64,000 nucleotides of DNA from Patescibacteria group bacterium (GTDB lineage: Bacteria > Patescibacteriota > Patescibacteriia > JBHPGJ01). A program made the translations under genes and the position numbers. The notes beneath the pieces are model-generated. The model saw only the letters and a list, made by a program, of their open reading frames with translations, was not told the DNA's origin and searched no databases. Shown here piece by piece: positions 44,960 to 55,960 of the stretch (positions within the stretch are counted from its first letter, which is position 1; each line of letters opens with the position of its first letter). Location: NCBI GenBank assembly GCA_042570545.1, contig JBHPGJ010000003.1, positions 8,214-72,213 on the forward strand. The letters run 5' to 3'.

Positions 44960-45610
44960 TTATTCGTTACGAGATAATAAATCAGCTATTAATTTTGCTA
45001 CCTCAGCAATCGCCGGAGTACCATCAACGGATATTAATTTACCTTGATCCTGATAATATTTAATGAGCGGCATAGTGGTTCGATGGTAAATCTGTAACCT
45101 TTGTTTAACAGCTTCCGGTTTATCATCGTCACGATGTATTAAATTATGTCCGCAATTATCGCATTGCTCGTCAAATTTTGGCGGTTTTATCTTCATACTA
45201 AAAGTTGCGCCACATTGTGAACATATCAGACGACTGCTTATTCTCTCTATAGCGCTCTGGTCAGTAAGTGTTAGCTCGATGACTTTATCTGGAGATGATA
45301 ATTTATCCAGAAATTCAGCTTGATTTTTATTCCGGGGATAACCATCCAGAATATAACCATGACTGGCATCTGGTTTTGCCAATCGTTCCGCCAGCATGGC
45401 ATTCGTTATTTCGTCTGACACTAGCTGACCGTTGGTAATTAAAATCTCGGCTTTTTTGCCCAGATCAGTTTTTTGTTCAATATTGGCGCGAAAAATTTCT
45501 CCCGTTGAAACATTAGGGACCTTTAACTGGTCAGCCAGTAATTCTGCCTGCGTTCCCTTACCCGATCCCTGGGGTCCGATTATGACAATGCGCTTAAAAT
45601 CTTTTATCAT
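44960..45610 (-). CDS. adk: Adenylate kinase (Zn-lid type)
   Basis: GPQGSGKGTQA, LDGYPR and a CxxC...CxxC lid. Confidence 0.96.
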   Translation of the reverse strand: MIKDFKRIVIIGPQGSGKGTQAELLADQLKVPNVSTGEIFRANIEQKTDLGKKAEILITNGQLVSDEITNAMLAERLAKPDASHGYILDGYPRNKNQAEFLDKLSSPDKVIELTLTDQSAIERISSRLICSQCGATFSMKIKPPKFDEQCDNCGHNLIHRDDDKPEAVKQRLQIYHRTTMPLIKYYQDQGKLISVDGTPAIAEVAKLIADLLSRNE

Positions 45611-45622
45611 AAGTCAAATAAT

Positions 45623-46897
45623 TTATAAGCCTTCATAATCGCGCATGACCAATTGAGCGTCAATTTGTTTGACCGTCTCAATAACTACGCTGACTACAAT
45701 GAGTAGCGAGGTACCGCCTAGTACCAAAGTCTGTATACCAGTGGCTGCCTGAGCGATATTTGGCAATACGGCGATGACACCCAAAAACAAGGCGCCGGCT
45801 AATATTATGCGATTAGAAACATAGTTCAGATACTCGGCAGTCATTCGGCCCGGCCGTATTCCGGGTATAAAGCCCCCTTGTTTTTGCAGATTCTCAGATA
45901 TTTGATCAGGGTGAAAAATTATGGTTGTGTAAAAATAAGTAAATGCCACTACCAAAACAAAGTAAAAAATTCCGTATATCAAACCAGCTTGCATATGGTC
46001 TAATATCCATTGCGCTACGTTGGCGATGATGGAATTTTCAGAATTTACAAAAAATTGAGCAACTATTGGCGGCAATAATACCAATGAGATGGCAAAGATA
46101 ATTGGAATAACGCCAGCTTGGTTAACGCGCATGGGTAAATGGCTGGTGGTCCCGCCAAAAACTCTATTACCACGGATACGACGAGCATAAGTTACTGGTA
46201 TTTTTCGCTGACCTTCATTTATTAATACCACACCGGCTATAGTGACAACTGCCAAGATGACAAATATTCCAACGTTTATTGCCTGGCTGCTGTCAAATAC
46301 GGCAACCGTTTGTTGGGCCTGTAGAGGTAAGCCAGCCACGATACCAGCAAAAATTAATAATGATATACCATTGCCAATTTTCTTCTCTGATATCAGTTCA
46401 CCTAGCCACATCAAGAACACGCTGCCAGCTGTTATGGTTAACATAGCCAATAATAGTTCAATGGTGGACATATCTGGAATTATCCCTTGGCCTTGTTGCC
46501 GTAAGATGGTTATCGTACCGTAGGATTGTAAAATAGCCATTGGTACAGTGAGCATGCGTGTCCACTGATTTATTTTTTGTCGACCAGCCTCGCCTTCTTT
46601 GTTTAATTCTTCTAGTTTGGGAATAATCATGGTCAGCAACTGCATAATAATGGAAGCAGTGATGTAGGGACCCACGCCTATCATAACGATGGAGAAATTT
46701 TCTAAAGCACCTCCAGAAAAAATATTAAGCAGTCCTAACAGTTGGTTTGAACCAAAGAATTCACGTAAGGCATCATGATTTACACCAGGAATTGGTATGT
46801 GAGCAGCAATACGAAAAATCACCAGTATCCACAATACGTAGAGGATCTTGTTACGTAATTCTTTAACACGCCATAATTGTGAAATTTTTTTCCACAT
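45623..46897 (-). CDS. secY: Preprotein translocase SecY
   Basis: [29 protein letters not shown] and GGTSLLIVV motifs. Confidence 0.98.
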   Translation of the reverse strand: MWKKISQLWRVKELRNKILYVLWILVIFRIAAHIPIPGVNHDALREFFGSNQLLGLLNIFSGGALENFSIVMIGVGPYITASIIMQLLTMIIPKLEELNKEGEAGRQKINQWTRMLTVPMAILQSYGTITILRQQGQGIIPDMSTIELLLAMLTITAGSVFLMWLGELISEKKIGNGISLLIFAGIVAGLPLQAQQTVAVFDSSQAINVGIFVILAVVTIAGVVLINEGQRKIPVTYARRIRGNRVFGGTTSHLPMRVNQAGVIPIIFAISLVLLPPIVAQFFVNSENSIIANVAQWILDHMQAGLIYGIFYFVLVVAFTYFYTTIIFHPDQISENLQKQGGFIPGIRPGRMTAEYLNYVSNRIILAGALFLGVIAVLPNIAQAATGIQTLVLGGTSLLIVVSVVIETVKQIDAQLVMRDYEGL

Positions 46898-46901
46898 AAT
46901 A

Positions 46902-47393
46902 TTACTTCTTATTTTTTGCGGCTATTTTTTTCTTGGTTGATACTATAAGTATTGTGCGTCCACCAGCTGCCTTAATAGCCTTATCGGCTTGCTGGCTAAA
47001 ACCATGGGCCTTTATAGTAAAAGCTCTTTTTAATTTCACCTGACCAACAACTTTAACACCTCGTCTAGTTGATCTTATTAAACTATTTTCTTTCAATACT
47101 TTTAGGTCAATGACTTTATCAAAATCTGGTAAAAGTATATCTATTTTAGCAATGTTTACGGTTTGTTTAGCTGGCGCCATGCTGGAAAAACCGCGACGTT
47201 TTGGAACCCGAGAAATTAAATGTTTAAGACTTCGTCGAAGATTTCCTTGACGACCGCCTGATCTTGATCGCTGTCCTTTTAAGCCCCGTCCAGCATAGTT
47301 GCCTCGACGACTAGAACTACCACGACCTGATCGCTGTTTTTTGGACTGATGACGTTTACTTAGTCCGCCTAGTGATAATTCTTTAGGTGCCAT
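46902..47393 (-). CDS. rplO: 50S ribosomal protein L15
   Basis: [27 protein letters not shown]; position before secY. Confidence 0.93.
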   Translation of the reverse strand: MAPKELSLGGLSKRHQSKKQRSGRGSSSRRGNYAGRGLKGQRSRSGGRQGNLRRSLKHLISRVPKRRGFSSMAPAKQTVNIAKIDILLPDFDKVIDLKVLKENSLIRSTRRGVKVVGQVKLKRAFTIKAHGFSQQADKAIKAAGGRTILIVSTKKKIAAKNKK

Positions 47394-47947
47394 TATTTAT
47401 CATCGCTATTAATTTCTTCGGTTTTTTCTATTTTCTTTTCTGATTTGTCGTCTGCAACTTTCTTTGGTGGCATCAATGATGATAAGCCTTGGATGGTGGC
47501 TCGGGCATTGTTTAGTTTATTGTTTGATCCCAACATCTTGGATACAATATTCTTAATACCAACAAGTTCCATAATCATTCTGACCGAGCTACCAGCGATT
47601 ACACCCCGGCCTTTTGAGGCTGGTTTTAATAAAACAACAGCCGCGCCAAACTTACTTTTTATCTCATGAGGAATGGTTTCATTTACAATCGGCACGGTGA
47701 CCAATGTCTTCTTAGCCGCTGTGACCGCTTTGTTGATAGCGCCGCTGACGTCAGCTCCTTTTTTAACAGCGAAACCAACACGACCCTTGCCGTCGCCAAC
47801 GATGACACTGGCTCGGAAGCGCATGCGTTTACCCCCGGCTACTACTCGAGTAACACGTGCGATATCAACTATCTTCTGGTCAAATTCAGACTTTACGGCT
47901 GGTCGATGGGTTCTGTGCATTGGGCCTGATTGTTTTTTAGGTGTCAT
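47393..47947 (-). CDS. rpsE: 30S ribosomal protein S5
   Basis: RVTRVVAGGKRMRFRA...G.GVIAG. Confidence 0.97.
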   Translation of the reverse strand: MTPKKQSGPMHRTHRPAVKSEFDQKIVDIARVTRVVAGGKRMRFRASVIVGDGKGRVGFAVKKGADVSGAINKAVTAAKKTLVTVPIVNETIPHEIKSKFGAAVVLLKPASKGRGVIAGSSVRMIMELVGIKNIVSKMLGSNNKLNNARATIQGLSSLMPPKKVADDKSEKKIEKTEEINSDDK

Positions 47948-47955
47948 AATATTTT

Positions 47956-48309
47956 TTAAAAAATTAGTCCATTCTTTCGTGCTGCTTCGGCAACTTCTTT
48001 TACTCGTCCATGATAAGCGTAGCCTCGTCGATCAAATACGACTTTTTTTACCTTGGCAGCAATGGCCTTTTTGGCAATTAGTTCACCGACAGCTGTGGCT
48101 ACTTTTACTGGAGACTGTTTTTGTCTACTAATTTCTCGGCTGGTGGCCGTAACAATAGTTTTACCGATTTTATCATCAATCACCTGCACACTTATTCCTT
48201 TATTTGATCGATAGACCACTAACCTAGGCCTAGCATCTTTACTCACTATTTTACTCTTAGTTCGTCGGGTGCGTAATTTGGTTCTTAATTGTTTGTTGAT
48301 CTTGGTCAT
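47956..48309 (-). CDS. rplR: 50S ribosomal protein L18
   Basis: RPRLVVYRSNK...VVFDRRGYAYHGRV. Confidence 0.97.
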   Translation of the reverse strand: MTKINKQLRTKLRTRRTKSKIVSKDARPRLVVYRSNKGISVQVIDDKIGKTIVTATSREISRQKQSPVKVATAVGELIAKKAIAAKVKKVVFDRRGYAYHGRVKEVAEAARKNGLIF

Positions 48310-48314
48310 AATAA

Positions 48315-48869
48315 TTATCCTGCTCCAGCTGCGGTTTTCACCACTTTACCTGCCTTGCGCCGGATTACTTCATCAACGTATTTAATACCTTTACCTTTAT
48401 ATGGTTCTGGTTTTCGGATGGCTCTGATCTGGGCGGAAACCTCGCCAACTTGTTGTTTATCTATACCTGAAATAATTATTATATTCTTCTCGACCTTAGC
48501 CGTTATACCTTCCGGCAGCTTAAACTCAACCGGGTGAGAAAAGCCTACATTCAACTCTAATATCTGTCCTTTTGCCACAGCCTTGTAACCGACTCCATTA
48601 ATTTCTAACTTCTTTTCATATCCATCGGTTACGCCAGTGATGCTATTGGCAATTAGCATGCGCGATAGCCCCCAGAGTGAGCGATCAAATTTATTATTAT
48701 TATCCTTTACTGTCACTGTCATAGTCTTATCATCTTTATCTACTTTTACATGATGATGAAGCTTAACTTTCAATTCTCCTTTTGGTCCTTTAACCGTAAT
48801 TAATGAAGCGGACACTTCGACGGTCACTTTATCGGGTATAGCAATTTGTTTTTTACCTATTCTAGACAT
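48315..48869 (-). CDS. rplF: 50S ribosomal protein L6
   Basis: MSRIGK...RKPEPYKGKGIKY. Confidence 0.98.
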   Translation of the reverse strand: MSRIGKKQIAIPDKVTVEVSASLITVKGPKGELKVKLHHHVKVDKDDKTMTVTVKDNNNKFDRSLWGLSRMLIANSITGVTDGYEKKLEINGVGYKAVAKGQILELNVGFSHPVEFKLPEGITAKVEKNIIIISGIDKQQVGEVSAQIRAIRKPEPYKGKGIKYVDEVIRRKAGKVVKTAAGAG

Positions 48870-48874
48870 AATAT

Positions 48875-49267
48875 TTAATACACTTCAAATAGAACTTCTC
48901 CGCCAAGGTGTTTTTTTCGAGCATCGCGATTGGTCATTAAGCCACGTGAGGTCGACAGGACAGCCATGCCATAATTATTTAAGACAATTGGCAGATTTAG
49001 CCGATCGACATAGACCCTTCTTCCTGGTTTAGAAATTCGCTTAATGTGTTTAATTGACGGTTGTCCATCGTCTCCGTATTTTAATTTGATCAACATTACT
49101 TCATATTTTCTATCTTGGGTTCTTTCATAGCTATCTATCCAACCTTCAGTTTTCAGTATCTTAAGCACTTCTTCTTTAAGTTTTGAGTAAGGCACAGATA
49201 CATCGGCCTTATTGGCCATGTAGGCATTTCGTATTCTCGTTAATAAATCTGCAATTGTATCAGTCAT
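48875..49267 (-). CDS. rpsH: 30S ribosomal protein S8
   Basis: DTIADLLTRIRNA...RISKPGRRVY...STSRGLMT. Confidence 0.98.
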   Translation of the reverse strand: MTDTIADLLTRIRNAYMANKADVSVPYSKLKEEVLKILKTEGWIDSYERTQDRKYEVMLIKLKYGDDGQPSIKHIKRISKPGRRVYVDRLNLPIVLNNYGMAVLSTSRGLMTNRDARKKHLGGEVLFEVY

Positions 49268-49278
49268 AATTAAATTAT

Positions 49279-49464
49279 TTACCAGCTTGATTTAGTGATC
49301 CCCGGCACTTCTCCTTTGTTAGCCAATTCTCTAAAGCAGATGCGGCAAAGATTGAATTTACGCATATATCCTCTTGCTCTTCCGCATCGCCAGCATCGTC
49401 TAACTATTCGCGTTGAATATTTAGGTCTTTTCGCTGATTTAATGATTTGTGATTTTTTAGCCAT
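49279..49464 (-). CDS. rpsN: 30S ribosomal protein S14 (type Z, Zn-binding)
   Basis: RCWRCGR...LCRICFRE. Confidence 0.97.
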   Translation of the reverse strand: MAKKSQIIKSAKRPKYSTRIVRRCWRCGRARGYMRKFNLCRICFRELANKGEVPGITKSSW

Positions 49465-49465
49465 A

Positions 49466-50020
49466 TTATTTATTGTTACTCTGCAGGGGAAATCCTAATG
49501 ACCTTAACAAAGCTTCTCCTTGAGTTGGATCACTAGCACTGGTTACTAAAGTTACTTGCAAGCCATGTAATTGCTCCACTTCATCAGATTTTATTTCGGG
49601 AAATACTATATGCTCCTTAAAGCCAATTGTATAACTTCCACTTTTGCCAAAACTCTTCATGGGCAGCCCCTGAAAATCACGTACTCTGGGCAGGGCCACG
49701 TTTACTAAGCGTTCTATAAAATCATACATTCTTTTACCTCTCAAAGTTACCTTCATACCAACAGGCATACCTTGTCGAAGTTTGAAACTGGCGATCGATT
49801 TCTTGGCAGTGGTTATTACTGGTTTTTGTCCGGTTATTCTTTCTAGTGTACTGGTAACTGTCTTCATAAATTTTTCATCACGCTGGGTATTCTTAATCCG
49901 AGCATTAATTACTACATATTTTACTCGCGGTACTGCTAAATGATTTTTTATCGATAACTCAGCTGCTAGTTTAGGTATGATATTTTTTTGAAATGTTTGA
50001 GCTAGGGCCATATTATCCAA
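49466..50020 (-). CDS. rplE: 50S ribosomal protein L5
   Basis: ITGQKP...[11 protein letters not shown]...[10 protein letters not shown]. Confidence 0.97.
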   Translation of the reverse strand: MDNMALAQTFQKNIIPKLAAELSIKNHLAVPRVKYVVINARIKNTQRDEKFMKTVTSTLERITGQKPVITTAKKSIASFKLRQGMPVGMKVTLRGKRMYDFIERLVNVALPRVRDFQGLPMKSFGKSGSYTIGFKEHIVFPEIKSDEVEQLHGLQVTLVTSASDPTQGEALLRSLGFPLQSNNK

Positions 50021-50321
50021 TCACTTGTTTGCATTTCTTACAAACTCGTTCCTTTTTTTTATTAATTACTTGATGTCCGACACGGGTTGGTTTATTACAT
50101 TTGGGACATACCAATTGAACATTAGAAAGATCCATGGGCGCATTGTACTTTACTACTTGGCCTTTCTCATTCTCTCTTCGTGCCCGTACATTCTTCAAGG
50201 CAACATTGAGCCCATCAATCACTATTCGCCCATTTTTTGGCAATACTTGTAAAACCTTACCCTGTTTGCCTCGGTCCTTGCCATAAATTATTTTAACATT
50301 GTCATCTTTGCGAATATTCAT
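50013..50321 (-). CDS. rplX: 50S ribosomal protein L24
   Basis: KOW motif GKDRGKQGKV; CPKC...CKKC. Confidence 0.96.
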   Translation of the reverse strand: MNIRKDDNVKIIYGKDRGKQGKVLQVLPKNGRIVIDGLNVALKNVRARRENEKGQVVKYNAPMDLSNVQLVCPKCNKPTRVGHQVINKKKERVCKKCKQVIG

Positions 50322-50322
50322 C

Positions 50323-50694
50323 TTATAAAACCTCCGGTGCTAATGAAGCGATTTTATTATAACCGCGATTTTTTATTTCCCTGGCAATAGGTCCAAAAAT
50401 TCTGGTTCCCTTAGGATCTTTTGATTCCTTATCAATAATCACCGCCGCATTATCATCAAAGCGTATGGCAGAACCATCACGTCGGGATAATTCTTTACGT
50501 TGTCTGACGATGACTGCTCGGACTACATCACCTTTTTTGACCATACTATAGGGGGCAGCTTCTTTAACTGAGGCTGTAATTACATCGCCAATTCGAGCAT
50601 ATCTTCGTTTATAGCCACCTAATACTTTAATGCACATAATCTTCTTAGCGCCGGTGTTATCAGCTAAAGTTATCATACTGCGAGGTTGAATCAT
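50323..50694 (-). CDS. rplN: 50S ribosomal protein L14
   Basis: ADNTGAK...IRFDDNAAV...SLAPEVL. Confidence 0.98.
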   Translation of the reverse strand: MIQPRSMITLADNTGAKKIMCIKVLGGYKRRYARIGDVITASVKEAAPYSMVKKGDVVRAVIVRQRKELSRRDGSAIRFDDNAAVIIDKESKDPKGTRIFGPIAREIKNRGYNKIASLAPEVL

Positions 50695-50963
50695 TAACTT
50701 TTCTCCTTCATATTTACAGTTTGTTCAAGTCGCCATTTTTTACCCTTTGACAAGGGACGCGATGCAATTATCGTTACCGTTTGACCGACTTGGGCACTAT
50801 TGGCTGGATCATGTACTTTATATTTCTTACTAACTTTATATTGGCGACTATATTTTGCGTGCCAGCGAACACGGTCAACCTTAACTACAATAGTTTTGTC
50901 CATTTTTGTTGAAACAACCGTACCGGTTAGTTTTCTTATAATTTTTTTATCAGTAGTCGTCAT
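50694..50963 (-). CDS. rpsQ: 30S ribosomal protein S17
   Basis: [14 protein letters not shown]...RPLSKGKKW. Confidence 0.97.
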   Translation of the reverse strand: MTTTDKKIIRKLTGTVVSTKMDKTIVVKVDRVRWHAKYSRQYKVSKKYKVHDPANSAQVGQTVTIIASRPLSKGKKWRLEQTVNMKEKS

Positions 50964-51163
50964 TACTTTGAATGTTTTTTAGCTAATTGATTTAAACGAG
51001 TGAGTATCTGAGCAATTTCCTGACGCAACTCTCTAACCGTCCTAACGTCTTTTAATTGATCATTTGATACCTTGAAGCGAGCTTCACGAAGATCTTCTCT
51101 CTTCTGCGCTAACAATCGCTGTAGTTCGGTCTCCTGCTTGTTTTCTATCTCTTTAAACTTCAT
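50963..51163 (-). CDS. rpmC: 50S ribosomal protein L29
   Basis: LREARF...RQEIAQILT; operon position. Confidence 0.93.
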   Translation of the reverse strand: MKFKEIENKQETELQRLLAQKREDLREARFKVSNDQLKDVRTVRELRQEIAQILTRLNQLAKKHSK

Positions 51164-51582
51164 TATTTATTCTCCGGCGGTAATATAATCTTAGTTTTTA
51201 CCGGTAATTTATATGAAGCTAATCTTAATGCTTCTCGAGCCATGTCGCGTTCGACGCCATCGATTTCCAGCATTATTACACCTGGCTTCACAACCGCTAC
51301 ATAATGATCAACGGCTCCCTTGCCCCCGCCCATTCTCACTTCATTACCTTTTATAGTTACCGGTTTGTCAGGAAAAATCCTGACCCATAACTTGCCACCA
51401 CGTTGTAATTTTCTGGTGATTGTTCGACGAGCGGCTTCGATTTGTCGAGCTGTTATCCAGGAACCAGTTAAGGCTTTAAGGCCATAACGACCAAAGTTGA
51501 TGTTAACCTTATCGCTAGCCTTGCCGGTTACTTTACCGCCGCGCATTACTTTCCGGTGTTTTACTTTTCGTGGAGTAAGCAT
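51163..51582 (-). CDS. rplP: 50S ribosomal protein L16
   Basis: RQIEAARR...WVRIFPDKP...RMGGGKG. Confidence 0.98.
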   Translation of the reverse strand: MLTPRKVKHRKVMRGGKVTGKASDKVNINFGRYGLKALTGSWITARQIEAARRTITRKLQRGGKLWVRIFPDKPVTIKGNEVRMGGGKGAVDHYVAVVKPGVIMLEIDGVERDMAREALRLASYKLPVKTKIILPPENK

Positions 51583-51586
51583 TTAA

Positions 51587-52276
51587 TTATTTATCCTGAA
51601 TATTTGCATCATCATTAATTTTTTTTACTTCGACTGGTTGATTAAAAATTTCTCCTTTGTAAATCCAGATTTTTACACCGATAGTTCCGTAAGTGGTATT
51701 TGCTTGGCCGCGTGCATAATCAATATCGGCGCGTAAAGTTTGTAACGGGATACTGCCTTCGGCCAGGTGTTCGGTACGAGCAATCTCGGCACCATTCAAA
51801 CGCCCAGCGACCTGTACTCTAACTCCCTTGGCTCCAGCCCGACGTACCTGATTAATTGTCTGCTTCATAACTCGTCGAAACGGCATACGTCTTTCTAGTT
51901 GCTCAATCATTCCGCGTAATACTATTTGAGCATTCATATCTGGTTTATCAACTTCTTGAATATTCAGACGTAAATTTAATTTAACCTTTCCCATCATGAT
52001 TTTCTTAAGTTCAGATTTTAATTCCTCAGCTCCCTGTCCGCCACGTCCAATAACTATGCCCGGTTTAGATGTAAATATAGTAACGGTTATGGTATTGGCC
52101 GATCGTTCAATTTCGACGTCAGCCACGCCAGCATCCTTAAGTTTTACCTTGATATACTTTCTTAGTTGAACATCTTGGCGCAGTAACTTACTGTAATCTT
52201 TACGTGAAAACCATTTTGAGTCCCAAGTTTTATTGATCCCTAGACGGAATACTTTTGGATGTACTTTTCGGCCCAT
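51587..52276 (-). CDS. rpsC: 30S ribosomal protein S3
   Basis: MGRKVHP..FRLG...GRLNGAEIAR...PLQTLRADIDY. Confidence 0.98.
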   Translation of the reverse strand: MGRKVHPKVFRLGINKTWDSKWFSRKDYSKLLRQDVQLRKYIKVKLKDAGVADVEIERSANTITVTIFTSKPGIVIGRGGQGAEELKSELKKIMMGKVKLNLRLNIQEVDKPDMNAQIVLRGMIEQLERRMPFRRVMKQTINQVRRAGAKGVRVQVAGRLNGAEIARTEHLAEGSIPLQTLRADIDYARGQANTTYGTIGVKIWIYKGEIFNQPVEVKKINDDANIQDK

Positions 52277-52693
52277 TTATTTTTTCACTTTCTTACCAAC
52301 TAATGAGGTTTTATCGGCTTTGATTGTCGTTTTCGTGGTATCGGCTTTTTTCTTGGCTTTTTTAATTTCGGCCACCGTAATAGACAAGTGGGTTGATCTT
52401 TTTCTTATTTCAGTTGCACGACCATACGCTCGAGGCTTGAATCGTTTCAGTGTTGGTCCTTCATCGGCCGTTATTGTTTTAATAAATAAATTATTTTTAT
52501 CAAGCTTTTTGTCGTTGACGGCACTGGCCACGGCGGATGATAATAGCTTGTTAATAAAATGAGCAGCCCGTTTAGTAGTAAACTTAAGCCGGGCGTCTGC
52601 TTGATCGACTTTTAAACCACGTATTTCATTAATTACCAGCCGTACCTTCCGTGGTGCAATTCTTACGTATTTTGATTTAACCGTAACCGTCAT
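52277..52693 (-). CDS. rplV: 50S ribosomal protein L22
   Basis: RIAPRKVRLV...DEGPTLKRFKPRAYGRA. Confidence 0.97.
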   Translation of the reverse strand: MTVTVKSKYVRIAPRKVRLVINEIRGLKVDQADARLKFTTKRAAHFINKLLSSAVASAVNDKKLDKNNLFIKTITADEGPTLKRFKPRAYGRATEIRKRSTHLSITVAEIKKAKKKADTTKTTIKADKTSLVGKKVKK

Positions 52694-52697
52694 TTAA

Positions 52698-53039
52698 TTA
52701 TTTTTCCTTCTCTGCGCTTTCTGCTTCACGCTTAGTAGCATCTTTGGCAGCCTGAGCAGCCTCGGCTTCTTGTTCTTTTTGAATACGACCACCATGACGT
52801 ACAAATTTTCTAGTCGGTGCAAATTCGCCTAAGCTATGCCCAACCATATTTTCAACAATAAATACTGGGGTATGGGTCTTGCCGTTATGAACACCAATAT
52901 TGAAACCAACCATCTCCGGCGTAATAACTGAAGAACGCGACCAGGTTTTAATGACTACTTTATCACCTTTTTTAACTTTAGCTATTTTTTTCAATAACCT
53001 TTCGTCAACGAAGGGACCCTTTTTTAGACTTCTAGACAT
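52698..53039 (-). CDS. rpsS: 30S ribosomal protein S19
   Basis: [10 protein letters not shown]...KTWSR...[11 protein letters not shown]. Confidence 0.98.
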   Translation of the reverse strand: MSRSLKKGPFVDERLLKKIAKVKKGDKVVIKTWSRSSVITPEMVGFNIGVHNGKTHTPVFIVENMVGHSLGEFAPTRKFVRHGGRIQKEQEAEAAQAAKDATKREAESAEKEK

Positions 53040-53042
53040 AAA

Positions 53043-53876
53043 TTATTTTTTTCGCCGTTTTACAATTAACTTATTAGATTTCTTATTCTTTTTACGGGTT
53101 ATAACGCCAAGAGCAGTTTTGCCCCATGGGGTTTTAGGATTTTTCATACCAATCGGTGAGCCGCCTTCCCCGCCACCATGTGGATGATCAACTGGATTCA
53201 TGGCTTTACCACGAACTGTTGGTCTTATGCCCCGCCAGCGATTTTTTCCGGCTTTACCTTTTTTAATATTACCTTGATCTAAATTACCAACTTGCCCAAT
53301 AGTCGCCATGCTTGATTTTTGAATCAACCTTATTTCGCCAGAAGGCAGTTTTAATTGGGCAAAGCGCCCCTCGATAGCCATTAACGAAGCTGCCGCACCA
53401 GCCGAGCGAACTATTGTTCCGCCCCGTCCAGGTTCTAATTCAATATTATATACTCCTAGGCCAACTGGAATATTTTCCAGCGGTAACCTATTACCAGGCT
53501 CAATCGGAGCCTCTTTTTTTGATGACATCACCGAGACACCGACTTTCAATGACTTGGGAGCTAAGATATATGACTTCTCACCATCCTGGTATTGTATTAA
53601 GGCAATATTTGAGGTGCGATTTGGGTCATATTCTATACTAATCACTTTAGCGGGAGCATCATATTTAAATCTTTTAAAATCAACTAAACGATAATGTTTT
53701 TTGGAACCACCGCCACGGTGTCTGACAGTTATTCGGCCCTGATTGCTACGGCCGGCGTTTTTCTTTTTTACTACCAACAATGATTTCTCGGGTTTGTTTT
53801 TGGTAATATCGGTCATTATCTGCCGGCTGGCATGTCTTTGTCCTGGACTAGTTGGTTTAACTTTAACTACGGGCAT
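53043..53876 (-). CDS. rplB: 50S ribosomal protein L2
   Basis: EYDPNR, RSAG and [13 protein letters not shown] motifs. Confidence 0.98.
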   Translation of the reverse strand: MPVVKVKPTSPGQRHASRQIMTDITKNKPEKSLLVVKKKNAGRSNQGRITVRHRGGGSKKHYRLVDFKRFKYDAPAKVISIEYDPNRTSNIALIQYQDGEKSYILAPKSLKVGVSVMSSKKEAPIEPGNRLPLENIPVGLGVYNIELEPGRGGTIVRSAGAAASLMAIEGRFAQLKLPSGEIRLIQKSSMATIGQVGNLDQGNIKKGKAGKNRWRGIRPTVRGKAMNPVDHPHGGGEGGSPIGMKNPKTPWGKTALGVITRKKNKKSNKLIVKRRKK

Positions 53877-53881
53877 ATAAT

Positions 53882-54388
53882 TTATGATTCAAATACTTCA
53901 ATTGTTTTTCCTTCAGGCAGGGTAACGACGGCCTTTTTCCAGTTTTTCGTCACGCCGACACTGCGACCATAGCGTACGGCTTTACCTGATTGGTGCATAA
54001 TATTAACTTTGGTGGGTAAAATTCCATAGAGGTCGTTAATGGCTCTTTTAACCATATCTCGGTTGGCATTGGGATGAACTTCAAAGGCATATCGTCCTGG
54101 ATGGCTTGACATTTTTTCAGTAATCAATGGTCGGACCAAAACCTTGGGAGCAAATAGCGGTGTTCGGCTACTCTTTTTCTTAGCACTAGTATCTGATTCT
54201 TTCTTTTTACTATCAGCTTTATTGTCATCAGTATCTTTCACATCCTTTTTTTTACCACTGTCGACAGCCGAACCGACGGACATAAACCGTTTTTTCATAT
54301 TATCTTTATCGCCAACAGCATGCATGGGCTTAGCTGTTTTCTTTTTCTTCTGGCCGTATATACTTTTAAATTTATCTAGCAGTCCCAT
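53882..54388 (-). CDS. rplW: 50S ribosomal protein L23 with long N-terminal extension
   Basis: RPLITEK...YAFEV...[10 protein letters not shown] in the C-terminal ~90 aa. Confidence 0.93.
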   Translation of the reverse strand: MGLLDKFKSIYGQKKKKTAKPMHAVGDKDNMKKRFMSVGSAVDSGKKKDVKDTDDNKADSKKKESDTSAKKKSSRTPLFAPKVLVRPLITEKMSSHPGRYAFEVHPNANRDMVKRAINDLYGILPTKVNIMHQSGKAVRYGRSVGVTKNWKKAVVTLPEGKTIEVFES

Positions 54389-54391
54389 AAA

Positions 54392-55108
54392 TTATTTTTT
54401 AGTAACTTTCTTAACTGCTTTAACTTTCTTAACCGTCTTTTTGGTGGTAATTTTAACTGCTGGTTTTGGTGAAATCTTTATTTTATTAAAGGTGTTTTTT
54501 ATAACATCAAGAGATGGTTTTGGCAAGAGAAGATAATTGTGATTAATAACATCGACCACATTTAGACTATCAGCTAAAATAGTTTTAACCTTTTTCAAAT
54601 TATTTGTTGCCCGGACCATCTTTACGTCTGCTTTAGGTAAGATTGTCAGTATTGAACGTTTCTCAATCGGCAATTTATCAATAATATTATTAAAACTTTT
54701 TGTTTTAGCTTCTGCTAGATCTAATTTATCCAAGACTATAACTTTGTTATTACCGGCCTTGTCTGACAGTGCCATAGCCAAGGCTTTTTGCTTTACTTTT
54801 TTGTTAATATTTTTTGAAAAATTTGTTACATTTCGCGGCCCAAATGTTTTACCGCCACCTTTCCACAATGGTGAGCGTATTGAGCCATGTCGGGCGCGTC
54901 CCGTACCTTTTTGTCGCCAGGGTTTACGTCCGCCACCACGTACTTCACTTCTGGTTTTTACATGTGCTAACGGTTGCCGATTATTTGCTTGCTGGCTAAC
55001 AACAGCTAATTTTACTACCTCTTTTTTGATATCAGCTTCAAAAATACTTGGTAAATTAGTTTCGCCAATTTTATCTCCCTGTTGGTTGTAAACTGTTACT
55101 TTTATCAT
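54392..55108 (-). CDS. rplD: 50S ribosomal protein L4
   Basis: RSEVRGGGRKPWRQKGTGRARHGSIRSP. Confidence 0.98.
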   Translation of the reverse strand: MIKVTVYNQQGDKIGETNLPSIFEADIKKEVVKLAVVSQQANNRQPLAHVKTRSEVRGGGRKPWRQKGTGRARHGSIRSPLWKGGGKTFGPRNVTNFSKNINKKVKQKALAMALSDKAGNNKVIVLDKLDLAEAKTKSFNNIIDKLPIEKRSILTILPKADVKMVRATNNLKKVKTILADSLNVVDVINHNYLLLPKPSLDVIKNTFNKIKISPKPAVKITTKKTVKKVKAVKKVTKK

Positions 55109-55824
55109 TATTTTTTAACCTTTGTATCAGTTTTAGGAGCGTCTTTTTTATTATCAGATACTGGCTTTGGGTCAATTTCTTTTTCCGTCGTCATTTTAGC
55201 TGCTAATTCCATATCACCAGGTCCCTTAATTAATAATAGGCCATTTCGCGGTCCAGGTACGGCGCCTTTTATGTAAATTAGATTTTTTTCTTCGTCAACT
55301 TTAGCAACAGACAATCCGTGTATTGATGATTGACTGGCACCAAATTGACCAGGATTTTTTTTACCTTTAAACACATGTGCTGGTCCAGTAGCGCCACTCG
55401 ATCCAGGCATACGGAGCTGATCTTTTGTACCATGACTCGCCGGTGCACCATGGAAACCATGTCGCTTAACTACTCCAGTAAAACCTCGTCCTTTAGTTGT
55501 CCCAGTGACCTGTACGCTGTCAGTTGGCTGAAAATTAGCTACGCTGATTACTTGGCCAATTTTATATTTTGATACATCATCAACTCTAAACTCCCTTAAT
55601 TTACGACTTGGCTTACGCCCCTTCAAAATGCCAGTTAGTGGTTTGCTTAATTTTTTTCTTTCACCAGCACCGCCAATCTGAACAGCGTTATAACCGTCTT
55701 TGTCCTTGGTCTTGACTGCGGTTACTTCGCAGGGAAGAGCAGTCACAGCAGTAACCGGGACGACAGTACCGTCATCATTAAACAACCTTGTCATTTCCTT
55801 TTTTGTACCGATAATGAATTTCAT
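55108..55824 (-). CDS. rplC: 50S ribosomal protein L3
   Basis: DGYNAVQ, KGRGFTGVVKRHGF and KGAVPG motifs. Confidence 0.98.
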   Translation of the reverse strand: MKFIIGTKKEMTRLFNDDGTVVPVTAVTALPCEVTAVKTKDKDGYNAVQIGGAGERKKLSKPLTGILKGRKPSRKLREFRVDDVSKYKIGQVISVANFQPTDSVQVTGTTKGRGFTGVVKRHGFHGAPASHGTKDQLRMPGSSGATGPAHVFKGKKNPGQFGASQSSIHGLSVAKVDEEKNLIYIKGAVPGPRNGLLLIKGPGDMELAAKMTTEKEIDPKPVSDNKKDAPKTDTKVKK

Positions 55825-55836
55825 ATATTTATCTCA

Positions 55837-55960
55837 AAAACCGATGAGCCGGGAACTTACCACATTAGCACATCGGTTTTATAAACCTTGCTACTGGTGG
55901 CAAATTGTTATCTGTAGATTAACTGCTGTTCCCGGGTATTGTCATCTACAGAACCGATCG
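55837..55960 (-). promoter_or_regulatory. Structured cis-regulatory RNA candidate between rpsJ and rplC
   Basis: Two hairpins whose loops are 8-nt complementary (CCGGGAAC/GTTCCCGG); the downstream hairpin ends in a U-run just before rplC. Confidence 0.6.
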
